A stretch of DNA of 64,000 nucleotides from positions 223,195 through 287,194 of the forward strand of contig NW_005434577.1 in the NCBI RefSeq assembly GCF_000315625.1. Reading direction: 5' to 3'. The notes under the pieces are model-generated. The model saw only the letters and a list, made by a program, of their open reading frames with translations, was not told the origin of the DNA and did no database searches. Below, in pieces: positions 63,602 through 64,000 of this stretch (positions within the stretch are counted from its first letter, which is position 1; each line of letters begins with the position of its first letter). A program made the position numbers and the translations under genes. The DNA comes from Guillardia theta CCMP2712. Its lineage: Eukaryota > Protista > Cryptophyta.

Positions 63602-64000
63602 GAGATTCCTGGATTCAGAATTTTAAGTGAGTTTGAGATCAGTTTTAACTGAGTTTGAAATGATTTCTGGAATGAGTTTGCTTTGCTGATTGTGCCGTGC
63701 TCCGGTTTCCGTCTGTTGCTGTTGGTGTTGGTGTTGCTGTTGTTTTAGTTGTTGTTGTTGCTGTTGTTAGATTCAGATTTTGTTGCATTGAAAGGCGATT
63801 CCGGTTTTTTTTTATCTTTTCAAATCTTTTGATGAGATTTCACAAATATTAAATTGTTTGAGGATGTGAGGGAAGAAGGATGAGGACGAGTGGAATGTAC
63901 ATCATACAGATGTAGAGCAAGTAGAGGAAAAAGAGGAGGAGGGGGGGAGGGGGGGGGAAGGAGGGAGGAGGAGGGAGGAGGAGGAGTGGAGGGAGAGGAA

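Overview
Eukaryotic nuclear DNA. Gene density is high, introns are short GT/GC-AG with CTGAC branch motifs and microsatellite fill, and several proteins carry bipartite signal+transit leaders. This best fits a cryptophyte alga such as Guillardia/Hanusia (inference). Recognisable genes: Vps34 3' end, RBM7-like RRM, CAP N-domain protein, APE2-like endonuclease, TrmK-like methyltransferase, PRELI, PDZ/coiled-coil, RRM-RGG, RING, GBP, gamma-CA and Fpg/Nei. Mobile DNA: a young Ty1/Copia LTR element (10087-16329, ATGTT TSD) and a 5'-truncated CRE-like (RLE) non-LTR element. Most interesting: (1) three intronless arrays of an 18-aa CxH-x6-CxxC zinc repeat. The scaffold is homogenised, but two positions vary freely and combinatorially, like a TALE/PRDM9 recognition code. 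(2) A predicted ~2,400-aa spliced protein with two catalytically dead caspase-fold domains, each followed by the same unknown domain, fused to a bacterial CrfC-type dynamin. (3) A single-domain voltage-gated channel that splices in frame to an N-terminal PH-like domain and C-terminal LRRs. (4) Copia LTRs whose TG/CA outer ends are not present at the inner LTR boundaries. All gene models were spliced by eye and no database searches were run.
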